Origin: Kondoa subrosea
Taxonomy: Eukaryota
NCBI GenBank assembly: GCA_039545335.1
Contig: BCIN01000003.1
Location: 992,001-1,056,000 of the forward strand
Direction of reading: 5' to 3'
DNA: 64,000 nucleotides
A program made the translations under genes and the position numbers. This document shows, in pieces, positions 41,969 through 53,600 of the stretch (position 1 is the first letter of the stretch; each line of letters opens with the position of its first letter). The notes beneath the pieces are model-generated. The model worked only from the letters and a program-made list of their open reading frames with translations, searched no databases and was not told where the DNA came from.

Positions 41969-43217
41969 CTATTGTTTCCCCATCGTTGCTCCTTTTCGCT
42001 TGATCAAGGTTACTCCGTCTCTCACACTGAGAACCACCACATCTACTCTATCATCGTTCCTGTAAACATTGTATAAGTCGGTTTGTGTCAAGACGAGAAA
42101 CGATAGTAACGTACTTGACAAACTGATTAAATTTGTGGATGTCTTTAGCCCATCCTTGTACTTTCGGGTCCGTGAGAACAAGCGAATCCGGAGCGAAAGA
42201 AGCAGCTTTGTAGAGCGTGTTATCCGCTACTATCAAAGCATTTGGAGTGAGGAGATCCAATTCGAACAGAGCGTTGTAGTAATCGGTGTAGCCATCTAAT
42301 ACTCAGTTGTCAGCTTACTGTTCGTAATACTTATGGAAAGAGTACCTTTGTTTGCATCAATCTAGAAAGCACAATCATTAAAAAGAACACAAGAAATTCA
42401 AGAGGAAGAGACATACGAAAACGAAATCAAACTTATCACCCGCTTTTGCCAGATCTTTCAGCGTTGAGATCCCATCACCAATCCGACAATCAATCTTATC
42501 AGCTACGCCTGCTTTCTTCCACCAAGGTGTGTTGAATTCTTTCAGGAAAGGTTCAATATCCAAAGTAACTACTTTTTCAACTCCCTGCACAAGAGCCATC
42601 GTTACTGCTGTTGTGCCTGTTAATTCCTCATCGTCAGTCGAATGCAGTGAGTAAAATAACAAAAGACCCACCTGTGAACATGCCGATCTCGAGACATCGT
42701 TTTCCCTTGACGAAGTTTATCAGCTCTATGGAATGATCGTATAGAAGAAGAGGACTTACTCCACAGACTGAAAGAAGCATCTCCAGCAATGCAGGCTCAT
42801 ACATGCCACTGCACATCTCAGCATGAACAGGATACCTAAACTTGATCAGCTATCTTCAGCCATGAAGAAGCTGCATGAATTTACTGTATTTTCCCATCTT
42901 TCAACAACTGTTGCCAGTCCGCATCCAAAGTAGCTTGAATCATAGGTTTAATAATGTCCGGTCCTTCAGAAGACATGTCTTCCAAATATTTGTCATGCGT
43001 ATTCACTACAGTTTTCGCTTCTTCCAAATAAGCTAAAGCTTCTTTGGATGCGTTGGAACCTTGCAGCGATTCAGAGACTTTGTCAAGAAGCATTTCCAAT
43101 CGAAGTGTCAATCCGCTGATGTAATTTCAGTACAGGCTCAGCTGTAGTGCTTAGATAATAGGCCTACTCGTCATTGATTGCTCCTTTACGCATCACGAAC
43201 TTCCTGTTGGTAGCCAT
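41969..43217 (-). CDS. SAM-dependent O-methyltransferase (COMT/CCoAOMT-like, Methyltransf_3)
   Basis: KRCLEIGMFTG, VVTLDIEP, AGVADKIDCRIGDG, KFDFVF|IDANK, LIVADNTLYK, VVVLSVRDGVTLIKR. Confidence 0.92.
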
Positions 43218-43435
43218 ATTGTAGACTGAAGCGGTTCAGAAGCAAGATCGAGCAGAACATTTGAATTTCGCGATGAGCTTCTCTTGTCTCGCATCAACGA
43301 TATCCCTGGAGACTTACATATACCCTTGAGACTGCAAGTTTGGTGGTTACCCAGATTGATGCGCGCTAGAAGGGCGGTCCATTACAAAGGCTCAAAGTGA
43401 GACATCAGGGCAGAGGAAATTGGTGAATATACAAG

Positions 43436-46400
43436 ATGAAGTTCTATATCGAGTGAGCAGTACTCATCAGAGCAGAGACTACTGATCTCAACTGTATGTG
43501 TTTGCTCAGTCAACTGCCCGTCAGTCTCACCTTGGCTTTCCTTTGATTACGTAATCTCACTTCATCTGCTTCTGCTCTTGCTTGCTCAACAGGTGCTCTT
43601 TCCGTATGAGCGCGTATATCCCGAACAGTATGCGTATATGTGCGACCTGAAGCGAACGCTTGATGTTGGAGTGCGTTTGCTTCAATATTGAGCTTGAAAT
43701 ATCTAAAAGGATGAAATAGGGTCATTGCGTGCTGGAAATGCCTTCGGGGACAGGCAAGACCGTATCTCTTCTGTCTCTGATCGTTTCCTATCAACAAGTA
43801 GCTTATTTCTTCTTAATACTGGCTGCTCTCATGTACTTCAACAGTTCTTTCCGGAGCGTAGAAAACTCATCTACTGCTCAAGAACGGTACCGGAGATCGA
43901 GAAAGCCTTAGCGGAATTGAAAAGATTGATGCAATACCGCAAAGAGCAACATGGGCTGAACGAAGAATTTCTTGGTTTAGGTTTAACAAGTCGAAAGAAT
44001 CTATGTGTGCATCCTCAGGTTCGTAGAAGTGCCTTCCTACCATTCTATACGTGGTAAGAGATGGCGCCAATCGAACAGGTTTCGAGGGAGAAGAAAGGCA
44101 AAGTCGTCGATGCTAGATGTCGAGATCTTACTTCCGCCTGGGTAGCTAACAAGAACAAAGAGGAACCTGGTTCAGTCGAGCTGTGTGATTGGCATGAGGT
44201 CGGTCATGACGGTCATTGCTAAAATCTAGCTGAAATTTCAGTCGGCGCCGACAGAAATTAGGCGAACTTGAACCTGGTGCTCTGGTCGGCAAACAAGTCT
44301 ACACATTAGATGAAGTCAAAGGCTATGGTGTCAGACACGGAATTTGTCCTTATTTTGCAGTTCGACGCATGGTCAGCCTTCATTCTGATAGCTCATTCTG
44401 ATCCTAAATAGCAAGGCTGCATGACAGTTACCTTATGCCGATGTCATCATTTATTCTTTCCACTACTTGCTGGATCCAAAAGTCGCTGACCAAGTATCGA
44501 AAGAAATGTCAAAAGATGCTATCGTAGTGTTCGACGAAGCACATAATATCGGTTCGTTCTGGCAACGACCGCGCGAAGATCATATTTCTAAGGTCATTTT
44601 TGCGAACAGATAACGTTTGCATTGAGTCGCTCAGTATCGATCTGACGAGGCCTATGCTCGATTCCGCAGCAAGGAGTGTCAACAGCTTGACGGAAAAGAT
44701 TGCAGAGTCAGTGGTTGTTTATATATGATCTGACCATATCTTACTCGGATCCACTTATTGACAGAATCAAAAGAACGGATTCAGACAAGCTCCAGAATGA
44801 ATATGCTCGATTAGTCGAAGGATTGCAAGAAGCAGATGCAGCAAGAGACGAAGACTCCTTCATGTCTAACCCAAGTTTGTCGAGGTTTTATCCCTGAGTC
44901 TTGTGCATCTTTGACGAATGTATAGTCTTACCGGACGATATACTTAAAGAAGCTGTTCCTGGTAATATCCGACGAGCTGAGCATTTCACTGCTTTCTTGG
45001 CTAGATTCGTCGAATACCTAAAGGTTAGACAGATCACTTTCAGTGCAACTTGAACTCGAACTGAAATGTTTGCGACCGGACAGACTCGCATGCGCGTTCT
45101 GCATGTAGTTGCCGAAACTCCTGCTTCTTTCTTGCAACATCTGAAAGATCTTACCTTTATCGAAAAGAAACCTCTCAAGTGAGCAGCAAAATATTGTGTC
45201 AGTCGGTTCAGGCTCATAATAGCCAATAGGTTCTGCTCAGAACGACTCACATCCCTCGTCCGAACACTTGAACTGCAGCGACTGGATGAATTCTCTTCTT
45301 TGCAGAAAGTAGCTGCCTTCGCGACTCTGGTCGCAACATATGACAAAGGTTCTTCGGACATGCTGCAATCAGAATTCAGCTGATTCACAGTTTTCCGAGT
45401 GAACAGGCTTTCGCTTGATCCTTGAACCTTTTGAGACTGAAAATGCCAGCGTACCTAATCCAGTCTTCCATCTCACTTGTCTTGACGCTTCTTTGGCTAT
45501 GGCACCAGTTTTTGAGCGATTCAAATCGGTAGTCATCACATCCGGAACGATTTCGCCTTTAGACATGTATCCGAAAATGCTTGGATTTCAAGCCACAGTA
45601 CAAGAATCTTACGCCATGACGCTTACGAGAGATTGTTTCATGCCTTTAGTCATCACTCGAGGAAGCGATCAGGTTGCTATTTCGTCTAGATTCGAAGTCA
45701 GAAACGATCCAGCTGTGGTCAGAAACTTTGGTACTATTCTCATTGAATACTGCAAAGCTGTCCCAGACGGGATTGTCGTCTTCTTTCCTTCATATCTATA
45801 CATGGAATCGATTGTAGCAGCATGGAACGATATGGTATGAGTCATTTGATATCAGCCGTTGAGTGTGTTGACTCTTGAAAAGGGCATCTTAAACGAAGCG
45901 TGGAAGCATAAGCTGATCTTTGTGGAAACACCGGATGCAAACGAAACGAGTATAGCGCTGGATAATTACCGCAGAGTGAGCTTTCTTATATGCATGCCGA
46001 ATTAAGCTAAAGAAGGAAAAGGCATGCGACAATGGTCGTGGTGCTGTCTTACTGTCTGTCGCTCGAGGCAAAGTGTCAGAAGGTATCGATTTCGATCATA
46101 ATTATGGTCGAGCTGTGATAAGTCCGTTTGATGGAATCTGCACTTTACAAATACTCAGATTCAACGTAGTGATGGGCATTCCATACCAGTATACTGAATC
46201 TCGAATTCTGAAGGTCGTTCCATTCTTTTTGAATATACGCTTTTCACTTAATCCACTATAGGCGCGATTGGAATTCTTAAGAGATACTTTCCGCATCAGA
46301 GAGAATGATTACCTCACTTTCGATGCCATGCGTCATGCAGCTCAATGTGTCGGACGTGTCTTGAGAGGTAAATCGGACTACGGCTTAATGGTGTTCGCAG

Positions 46401-46880
46401 ACAAGGTATGTTCAGACGACACAAAAGTCTGCTATGCTCTAACGTTGGATTCCATAGCGCTTTGCCAGAGCTGATAAAGTATGTCCAACATGTCTCGCGG
46501 ATTGCACTGTGCTTTACATATTCTTGCAGCGAGCAAAACTGCCAAAGTGGATCAATCAGTACATCAATGAAGCAGCTACAAAGTACGTGTATTTGCTGAA
46601 ATGAAGTATCTTGCGCTGACGCTGCTGGTGCAGTCTTTCGACCGACGTTGCCTTGGTCATGTCGAAGCGTTTTTTGCGAAGTATGGCTCAACCTTTCGAC
46701 CAAAACCAGACGGGTATCAGTTTGTGGTCGCTCGAAGATATCGAGGCGAAGCAGCAGCAGCAAAGAGACCAAAACATGCATCTTGACAAAGCTGCGCCTG
46801 CTCCAGATGAGAACAACTATTACGAGGGACTAGAAGATGCAGCACTAGTAGAAGGGATGATGGCTATCGATGAGATGTAA
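43436..46880 (+). CDS. RAD3: TFIIH/NER DNA helicase XPD (Rad3/Rad15/ERCC2), many exons including a 10-nt micro-exon
   Basis: [32 protein letters not shown], Fe-S region [56 protein letters not shown]. Confidence 0.98.
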
Positions 46881-46900
46881 CTACAATGTAAATGTGGAAA
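46788..46900 (+). repeat. Left copy of ~115-bp direct repeat (last ~30 codons, stop and start of 3' UTR of RAD3)
   Basis: Aligns to 50343-50461; 60 nt identical (46824-46883 = 50385-50444). Confidence 0.95.
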
Positions 46901-47142
46901 TGCAAGTGACGGTTATGAACAGGCTCTTCTACTTCTGCCCCAGACTTCCACCAGACCTGAACAGCTGAATCAGGTCAAAGGGAATCGCAACCAGGAGAAT
47001 TTGCCTCTGGCTCCTTATTATCGGGTCACCAAGGCGATCGTAGAAGAATGCTTCAAACGCTGCAACCTTTGGGAAGGAAAGATAACAATAGCAATCAGCG
47101 ACTAGCTCAGCGATGTAACAAACAGCAGCCAAAGATAATTGG

Positions 47143-48352
47143 GTCGAAGCGAAGGGTCAAGTCGACAGAGTTTGCGCACTTGAAATGCCAACATCAAGGC
47201 TGCAAAGGAGAACGCACGAGAGGAGCTTCTACAGGCTGGTCCGAAGGTAGCAAAAGCTACAGAGAGCACATCACCCGAGAAGCTAGCGTTTTGTTTGCCG
47301 TAAGATTTGTCATCGACGGTAGGTATAGACGGTACAGAAGAAATGACTCGGGCGTAATTGCACGAATAGAGGCTTCTCGCACTTGTAATCACAAGGCGAT
47401 ACAGCAGGACGCGCACATGGCTTCTATGGGTTGGTTCAAGGTAGCAAGCTACTGGGATCGCGGCACTTGGAAGCAGGCGTTGGTGATGTGCAAGTCTCGA
47501 TGCGAAGCAGAAGAAGATATCAAGGGAGACAAGAAAGTAAGCAGACCTACCCTGTGATGGAAGGATTCCAAAGAAGCTCCAACCTATGGACGAAAGAAAG
47601 CAGCAGAAATCAGCTACCAATTAAAAAGAAATGACTGATGACGAGAGCAGACGACCGCATCGGGCAAAGTTGCATGACCCCGAGGCTTCCAGCACTTGAG
47701 AGTCTTCAAGGCAGGAAAGCAGAACGCGGGAAGGGCTTCAAGTTTAGTTGGTCCAGGGGTAGCAAGCTACTGAGGGCACGTCACTCAAGAAGCATGCGTT
47801 GTCGATAGGGGAAGCCCGATGCGATCAAGCAAGAGAAGGTAACACGGCAAACAAGCTGAGAAGGAGACCTACTCTTAGCAAAGGAGTGGTTGAAAAGACA
47901 TCCCAAGTCTCAAGTTTACAACAAGTTGATAGGTGGCGACCTTTATGGGAATGCGCTGAAGGCTATCGTCAAGTCTAATACCTGAATGTTGCTGCTATGC
48001 GCAGCGTGTAACTGTTTCTGCCAAAACGGAGCCGGCTGCTTTCAGTAGCTCCGACGCTCACAGGGGATTGTGAAAGAGGAATTCGCCTGTGGACAAAAGA
48101 AAGCACGTGAGCCAATAGTCCTCCAAGAACGAAGGAACAGAAGAGCAAAAGATCGCGTCGGACGGATTGCACGGAGTGAGGCTTGTCGCACTTGAAAGGA
48201 CAAGGCAGCAAAGGCAGACGCATAGAGGGCTTCTATGGATTGGTTCTAGGGAAGCAAGCTTCTGGGAGCACGTTATTTGAGAAGCATGCGTTATCACCCC
48301 GCAAAGTCCAAGACGATCAACAAGAAAGTAGGATGCGGACAAAGAGACCTAC
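47143..48352 (+). ncRNA. Array of four diverged ~150-175 nt structured repeats (putative ncRNA units), family unknown
   Basis: Shared anchors GCACTTG (47176, 47379, 47692, 48188), CAAGGC, ACGC, GCTTC, G(T/A)AGC-AA(AA)-GCT(A/T)C, GAAGC, GCGTT. Nested helices are retained through compensatory changes and G-U pairs on the + strand. Frame-breaking indels between copies argue against coding. Confidence 0.65.
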
Positions 48353-48599
48353 AACGTGCAAGAAGCTTGTTGTCCATATTGTTGCAAGAAGAGAAGTGCA
48401 AGAGCGGGTGAGAAGAAGCGTCAAAGAGGCGAAAGTATGGATCAGAAAGAAGCAGGATACTTAGAAAAATGCACGATTTTATTCACTGGAATGTAACGGG
48501 ACACCGCTCGGAGCCGAGAACAGCACACACTAAAGCCCAGGGCGGTGGCTCGACAGTCCAAGGTGCACCAAAAGTAGTCCGTTGGTCAGTTTCGAAAGG

Positions 48600-49840
48600 G
48601 TAAAGAAAGAGCACGAGTAGCGACGCGGAAGAAAACGTTCAGACATAGATGAGGGATAGATACAGTAGCAGAAGATGCAGAGGACGACGCAACAAAGGCA
48701 GAAATGTTCAATCGAGCGCAATCGCATTCCAGTCGGATCTGCGCATGACTTTCGAAGGAGAATGAAAGGTGATTGCACTGGAGAGATCCACTGCTCCTTG
48801 ATACAGCCAGGGCAGACAATAGACAATGCATATCGAGCTAGAACATCGTTCAAGTGCAACCTCGCTCTGTTTTCCATGAGCGAAAGTCATGCACTGTGTT
48901 TTCGGTACTTTGTGGCCTTCTGCAGCAGCAGCAGCAAGCGCAAGACATGCTGCGGATCACTTCAAGGCTCGCTAGACTCTGATCGGAGCTGACCTCTTGT
49001 GTTTGCGAAACATCGAAGTTGCAACATATCAGATCCTAGACACTGGACTGGAAGCAGGCCTGAGCAAGCAAGATATTGTGCTGATGCTCAGCAGAGCCTA
49101 TGGACCCATTCTCGAGGCAATCAGAGCTTTCCTGCGCGCTGCCTGCAAAACGGAACAAGGCACTCCATCTGGAGTATTCAGCAGTCTTATTCTTCAGCTG
49201 TTGCACTTCTTCTAGTCTTCTACCTTCTTAGCCGATGGTCTTGTTCCGTTAGTCGCGATACAGGCTTTTGGCAATCTCTTTACTATGCGAAGATACATGA
49301 ACATGATGCGCTTCGAATTTCGAGAGGATGACGGTGCAATTACCTATATGAAAGGCTTTTGCAGATCATCTTGCGGTTGTACGTGCACTTGACGCGCCAG
49401 CGCACGAGCTCAGGGCTGATTTCTAGAAGTGGACAATCATCCTGGATCTAGCTGTCGTTTGGTATAGTGCAGTCGCAAAGTTCAGCGCTCCTTCTCATGC
49501 AATTCAAAGCTGAAGAAGACCAAGAATGGGCAACAACTTCACTTCGAGCTCATGCAAACTCAATCAGCGCATCGTGCTTTTGGTCAAAGTTGCGCTCCAA
49601 CGAAGCTAGCAGCCAAATGCTTGAGATTGGTGCTTGAGATTGGAAATTGCTCTCTCTCTCTCTCAGGGCTACAGAATTCAAGTTGTTTGATCATATCGAA
49701 CCAATGGAGCAATCAAGCAATACCTACAAGGCGAAGATTGGCACGCAAGCATCCACTCCAAGACGGAGCGTTGATGTATGGCGACGGACGTAGCCCTATT
49801 ACGAGCGACACCTGGAGAAGAGGGTTGATTAAGTGCTAGA
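48600..49840 (+). pseudogene. Decayed ORF remnant of unknown family
   Basis: Protein-like frames interrupted by stops (e.g. ...LQLLHFF*SSTFLADGLVPLVAIQAFGNLF..., TAG at 49213-49215) and an intron-like gtacgt...ctgat..tag at ~49379-49426. Confidence 0.35.
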
Positions 49841-50342
49841 ACAGACACTAGCTAATAATGATTGCAATTCATGAAGCTCATTGATTTCCGCTCTACTGCT
49901 TCTTGTTTGAATGGCTCTCTCATTGTTCGCCTTCGTCATCCTCCTTTCTAGTCCATGCTTTCGCGTTCTTTAGCCGGTCTAATGCAATGCTCAATGCAAA
50001 GAAGCAACAGGCTGTCCTTCTCCACTGGATATCTGTGCGCTATCAAACTCTATATCTCTATAAGTCGACAACAAGCAGGTTTCTGAATAGCACTATGGGG
50101 ACTAATTGCTTCTCTACAAGCATCTCTGCCAGCTAATTTACTACAGAACCGTTATTCTGCCTTCCATCTCTCTACTCATCAAGTAATATAACGTCATCCT
50201 CAGCTCGGCGAACCGCTTCTCCTAACGCTGCGCAAGCTTTCAATGTACTCTTATAACCGATGCCACTCTGTATTCTCCACTGACAACAGGAGACAACACG
50301 AAACAAGAAGAAGAAGAAGGAAGAAGAGAGAACAAGAAGAAG

Positions 50343-50461
50343 AAAGCTTTGCCTGCTTCAGACGAGAACAACTATTATGGATATGAGGGACTAGAAGATG
50401 CAGCACTAGTAGAAGGGATGATGGCTATCGATGAGATGTAACTATAATGTAAGTGTGGAAA
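50343..50461 (+). repeat. Right copy of the RAD3 3'-end direct repeat (orphan gene tail)
   Basis: Encodes [32 protein letters not shown], versus RAD3 [30 protein letters not shown]; no RAD3 sequence precedes it. Confidence 0.95.
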
Positions 50462-50468
50462 CAAGACC

Positions 50469-50650
50469 GGCAAACTGGATGCTGACTAATCACTAGGCCA
50501 TTTCGAGGGGCAAATGGCCTGCTGACTAAGCGCATCGAATATCAGAGAGAGGGCGAGCTAGACATATAACTGATCTGAAAGAACTCGGATAGGAAGCATA
50601 GATAGGAAGCATAGTCTGCAATAGAGTCATATACTGATCTATGAAAACTC
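50469..50650. repeat. Cluster of short direct and inverted repeats (candidate recombination or binding site)
   Basis: TGCTGACTAA x2 (50480, 50520); inverted repeat AGGCCATTT/AAATGGCCT (50495-50520); CATATA(A)CTGATCT..AACTC x2 (50563, 50628); tandem ATAGGAAGCATAG x2 (~50589-50614). Confidence 0.6.
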
Positions 50651-50673
50651 TGTCCTTGTTACCTTTTGCATTT

Positions 50674-53600
50674 CTATCGCCTGTTGACATGTGTCGCACA
50701 TTTCTTCCCTAAACCGATCATCACTCTGATATCACATCCGTGATAGTCACATATAGGTGACGGTTTGCCTTTTCGCTGCTGGTACAAATCAAGGCATTCG
50801 AAGGAGCAGAACTTGGCCTTCTTGTTGCTGCAACGTTGATTGCATGCGGAAGACTCGCAAATCTTTTTCCCGTTTCCGTCGAGCTTTGCAGCCAAGGAAG
50901 CTTGTTGGTAGCAACGACTGCACTTGTTGCCAGCTCCCCGAAAGATCCTGGTACACGAACACATTTTCTGGGGTTTTTGAGCGATCACAGCTGTAGGACT
51001 TTGTTGAGCTGATGACGAAGAAGGTCTCTTGCTAGATGTAAGAGCTGTCCGATGCTATTAATTGTAGCCAATGAAATGAAAGACTGCTGACCTTTGGCAC
51101 CACCGGCTTTACCGGAGTTTGCTTTATGATGAGATTTGCACCGACAAGGGCAGAGCGGAGCACAGTCTGAGGCGTTACTGAATGCTGGACAAGCGCGTTC
51201 TCTTGCAGAGACACACACTTTGCAGCCACAGTAGCAGCTGGCAAGATCATGACTCTCAGTTGTGCATCGACACAGGAAAGCTTTGTCGCCCCAGAACCAC
51301 GAAGAATGAAAGCTGTTGACGCTTGTGAACCGACCAGCTAGAAATTCTTCCCAAAGACGTGCTTTAGGAATACATAAGATGGGGAATACGGGTGAAATAG
51401 AGTGCAACTGACCAACTCGATTCCTGTCATCTATCCCAGATCGACCCGTTTGAAGTACGGTGGGAATGATGGTCTTGATATCGCCTTGAAACGAGGAAGA
51501 TTGCATCCCAGTGATGAATTTGCTCGAGCTTGAAACGCGATTGTAAACCAGGTCGGACATCGTTTCGTCTCCTTCCTGGAAAATGAGAATAGGACAGACT
51601 AGAGGTAGGCATTTGGCCACGCTATAGTATTGACCGTTGATCTGCAAAGCTTGTTCCATGCGTAATCCCATGTCAGCGAAGTAAGGTGAGAGGAGAGTAA
51701 AATCGGCCGGGTGCCATAAACAGCCAACAAAAGTCTGACATCGACGTGCTGCCATGTTTTTGATTTCTTCAAGATTTTCGACTGTGCGCGCAAGCCGATC
51801 TATAGAGGTGAACAAGACTAAAGAATCTTCATAATCGTCTTTATCTAGAGCAATCTCTACTGAATTTTCAATGCAAGCGGAAAGAGCCTCCAGAGTCAGG
51901 ACTTCACACTCAATTCCGGCGGGAACAAAAAGACGTAGAAATTCTCTTTGGCGCATGATTGAGTTGGAGCTTTCCAAAGAGGTACGAGATAAGATGACAA
52001 TACGCTGAAGAATATGATCGGTGCATACTTGCCTGAGCTGGCTTTTGATTTCGGCAACGAGAGCCAGCAGAGCTGAATCTTTCTCTCTGTATTGCTGAAG
52101 AACTCGATCCATCAGGAGAGCGGAATCCGTATAGAAGGCTTGCTCTTGAGAAAGAAGCAGGGCGTTCTTGAGGTGCAATCGAATAAGCGCTTCGTTATCC
52201 ACAATTGAAAACCAGGTTTCTGGACCAAGCTCTTGATCTTCTTCCTCATCATCATCATTGTGAAAAATACCATTCGCTTTGATAGCCTGATCACCATCCT
52301 TTGCAAGCGCTTCCAAATCCTCCTTCGTAAAACCTCGGGCGTAACAGCTAATACGATATCTTCGTAGGGACTCCATCATAAAAGGCAAATCATCTAATCT
52401 TCGGGTTAATCGATCAATATTGGAGAAAAGGATCATTGATCCCGGTTGCAAATTCGAAATCATTGTTGTGAAGGCTATTCGATCTTCCAAGGCATGACGG
52501 AAACTTGAAGCATGTTCATGAATTGTCGACAGCTCAAAGACATTGGCGAAGTCTTTTCGAAGTACAGAAGGGGGAGATGTAAGAGACGAAAGGATCTGGC
52601 GAGCAACAGATTCGTTTGCCTTGGTAGAACGATCTTCGTCCGATGTTCGTGCGTATACGACGCATGACGGTTGTCTGGCCACTGATGGATCGAGAGGAGG
52701 TAAATCGCTAAAGTCGAAGAGGTCTTCAGCAGGTTCAGAATTGACCGAGAATGCTTTTCTCAAGTGTGGAGCAATGATTCTATCGACCAACACCCTTGAA
52801 AGCATGCCATCTTCTCGAAAGAGCTTGCGTAAATTAGAAGAATAATCCAGTTGCGTATGCTTGCCAAGATTGAAGAGATCAGGATCCAGAAGATGTACTT
52901 CTTCCAGAGCGGTCGATAATTCATGCGCGTCATCTTCATGGAGCTCTTGAGGAGAGAATATATGAGGGGAGTGACCAAGCAAAGGCTGATGCACAACCAG
53001 AACTTGAAGCTTGCCAGAGCTGACGAGAGCTATATCTTTGGGTAGAGGACAAGACACTTTGTAGATGTATAGCTTCTCTTGAGCCATCCCATTACCCAGC
53101 AGTACTCTTTGGAGAGGTACCAGATTGATGTCCGGTAGGTTTCGCCAGTCCTTATAATAGCCAAGAAGCTCACTAAGCAAAGACTTCAGATTGTAAACTT
53201 GAGGAGTCGATGCACCTTACTCGAAGAGCTGCTGCTTCTCAGAACCTTTCACTTTATCTAGATCAAATTCTTCATCTTCTTCAAGCATGTTCATATTGTC
53301 TCGCAAGATCGCTCTCAAAGTATTTGCAGGACAGCCAGTACATGCTCTGAACGAGGATATTGACTTGTTGATGCTTGCAGAAATGGCAAAGAATTCATAT
53401 TCAGCATCAATAGCTTGGCCATGTTGAAGACTGATCAAGTAAGATTGTGCAAAATCGCTATTGCTTTCTGTCAGAATTCTTGAGCCACGGTGACGGTCTG
53501 TTCGCACGCCTCCAAAAATGCCACCAACTGGCCAATACTCGAAGGTAGTAATGGTATCTGATCGTCGAAAGACGTTGATAATGCAAGGTATTCTTCTCAA

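Noticed and set aside
47048..47634. ORFs of 169 aa (+) and 172 aa (-) over the repeat array
   Set aside because: The repeat copies are conserved in base pairing but not in reading frame or amino acids, so these ORFs look incidental.
47143..48352. CRISPR array, tRNA/5S/SRP RNA or telomerase RNA interpretation of the repeats
   Set aside because: The units are long, diverged and irregularly spaced. I saw no cloverleaf, no intact SRP helix-8 tetraloop stem, and no CCCTAA-type template in the tract.
50300..50345. (AAG)n-like purine tract next to the right RAD3 repeat, and similar simple repeats elsewhere
   Set aside because: Common microsatellite-like low-complexity sequence in this genome.
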